A DNA stretch of 63,271 bases, the filler included, from Octopus bimaculoides (Eukaryota), in the NCBI RefSeq assembly GCF_001194135.2. It is 5 parts of 4 records of this genome, joined end to end, with 100 filler letters (N's around TTAATTAATTAA, not from the genome) between each part and the next. Parts side by side here need not be neighbours in the genome. Positions count along the whole stretch, not along the records: positions 48,862 to 63,271 come from NC_069003.1; 4 more parts are not named here. One strand, written 5' to 3'. The position numbers and the translations under genes were made by a program. Numbering within the stretch: the stretch's first letter is position 1; each line of letters opens with the position of its first letter. The notes under the pieces were generated by a model that did no database searches, was not told where the DNA came from, and was given only the letters and a program-made list of their open reading frames with translations. Below, piece after piece: positions 61,335-63,271 of the stretch.

Positions 61335-63271
61335 AATAAATATATATATACAAATAAATAAATACATATATAAACAAATATATATATATTCCTTCGTTCG
61401 TTCTTACGTACCTACGTACGTATGTTTGTTCGTTCGTTCGTTCGTTCATACGTTCTTTCGTTATTTCCTACCGACGTACGTACGCTCGTTCGTTCGTACG
61501 TTCGTTTGTTCCTTCATTCGTTCGTACGTACGTATGTACTTTCGATTGTACGTTCGTTCCTTCAATCGTTGTCGTTCGTTCGTTCGATCGTTAGTTCTTT
61601 CGTTCGTCCATTCGTACGTACGTACGTTCGTTCGTTTGTTTGTTCGTACGAACGTATGTTCGTTCGATTGTTCGTTCGTACGTTCGTTCGTTCGTTCGTT
61701 CGCACGCACGTACGTACGTACGATCGTTCGTTCGTTAGGTCTTTCGTTCATTCGTACGTACGTACGATCGTTCGTTATTTCGTTCGTTCTTACGTAAGTA
61801 CGTTCGATCTTTAATTCGTTCGATTGTTCGTTCGTTCTTTCGTACGTACGTACGTTCTTTCGTTATTTCCTGCCTACGTAATTCGTACGTGCGTTCGTTC
61901 GTACTTACGTACGATCTTTCGTTTATTCCTACCTACGTAATACGTACGTACGTTCGTTCGTACGTACGTAAATTGTTATTTCTGACCTGCGTACGTACGT
62001 TCGTTCGTTCAATCGTTCGTACGTACGTACGTATATATATGTACGTTCGTTTGTACTTACGTACGTGCGTTCGTTCTTTCATTCGTTCGTACATACGTTC
62101 GTTCGATCGTTCGTACGTACATACGTTCGCAAGGACGTACGTTCTTTCGTTATTTCCTGCCTACGTAATACGTACGTACGTTCGTACTTGCGTACGTACG
62201 TACGTTTGTTCGTTCGTTTCTTCCTTCGTACGTACGTTCTTTTCTTCGTTCGTACGTACGTACATTCTTTCGTTAATTCCTGCCCACGTAATACGTACGT
62301 ACGTTCTTTTATCGTACGTTCGTTCGTACGTCCGTTCTTTCGTTATTTCTGCCTACGTACGTACGTTTATATGTACGTACGTACGTTTATATGTACGTTC
62401 CTTCGTACTTACGTACGTACGTTCGTTCTTTCATTAGTTCGTACATACGTAGTACGTTCGTTCGATCGTTCATACGTACGTTCGTTCCTTCATTCGTACG
62501 TTTGTACGTTCTTTTTTTCGTTCCTTCTTTCCTACGTATGTTCGTTCGTTCGTACGTTCTTTCCTGCCTACGTAATACGTACGTTCGTTCGTTCCATCGT
62601 ACGTACGTTCGTTCGTAATTACGTACGTTCGTTTATTCGTTCGTTCGTTCGTTCTTACGTACGTACGTACGTTTGTTCGTTCGTCCGTTCATTCATTCGT
62701 TCGTTCGTTATTTCCTACCTACGTACGTACGCACGTTAGTTCGTGCGTACGTTCGTTTGTTCCTTCGTTCGTTCGTACGTACTTTCTATTTTACGTTCGT
62801 TCGTTCTTTCGTTCGTACGTATGTTCTTTCATTATTTCTTCCCTGCGTACGTTCGTTCGTACGTACAAACGTGTGTATGTACGTTCGTTCGTACTTACGT
62901 ACGTGCGTTCGTTCTTTCATTCGTTCGCACATACGTTCTTTCGATCGTTCATACGTACGTAAGTTCGTTCGTACGTACGTACGTTCCTTCAATCCTTCGT
63001 ACGTACGTACGTATATATGTACGTTCGTTCGTACTTAGGTAAGTACGTTCGTTCGCACGTTCGTTCGTTCGTTCGTACGTACGTTCATTCGTTCCTAAGT
63101 ACGTACGTTCTTTCGTTATTTCCTGCCTACGTACGTACGTTTATATGTACGTACGTACGTTTATATGTACGTTCCTTCGTACTTACGTACGTAGTTCGTT
63201 CTTTCATTAGTTCGTACATACGTACGTACGTTCGTTCGATCGTTCATACGTACGTTCGTTCCTTCATTCGG
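58449..63271. repeat. CpG-rich 4-bp-period satellite (TACG/TTCG) with (TA/TAAA)n spacers and a higher-order repeat
   Basis: Continuous TACG/TTCG variants, with spacers at about 58942-59108 and 61178-61390. Landmark motifs recur at offsets of 2235-2300 bp. Confidence 0.93.

Noticed and set aside
58470-63042. Many long ORFs rich in RSFVRTY or ERTNE repeats
   Set aside because: They are translations of the 4-bp satellite, which rarely contains stop codons. Several frames are open at once and there is no domain signal.
1-63271. CRISPR arrays, rRNA or prokaryotic operons
   Set aside because: No repeat-spacer arrays with unique spacers, no rRNA-like sequence, and the architecture is eukaryotic with introns.

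Overview
Repeat-dense, AT-rich animal genomic DNA. It is most likely an octopod cephalopod draft assembly; this is inferred from the SINE/RTE repeat landscape and was not verified by search. Four artificial joins (44 N + TTAATTAATTAA + 44 N) split the window into five segments, so long-range order is not base-level supported. Three host-gene exons are supportable, all on +, each in a different segment: a TspanC8-type tetraspanin internal exon (16330-16404), a CCAP/NPS-receptor-type GPCR exon missing from the ORF track (27083-27186), and the last coding exon of a divergent Wnt9-like gene (50522-50959). The rest is mostly mobile DNA and repeats: a full-length decayed Hsmar1-like mariner, two mariner MITEs, maT-like fragments, Penelope-like remnants, RTE and R4-like LINE ends, a Gypsy integrase with 3' LTR, many tRNA-derived SINEs, and micro- and minisatellites. 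Most listed ORFs are spurious. The most interesting unexplained structures are a nearly canonical minimal hammerhead ribozyme in a 354-bp terminally redundant unit (retrozyme or Penelope-pLTR-like), two more decayed hammerheads, a 270-bp foldback palindrome, and a CpG-rich self-complementary TACG/TTCG satellite with a ~2.25-2.3 kb higher-order period. I found no firm evidence for a wholly new multi-gene system.
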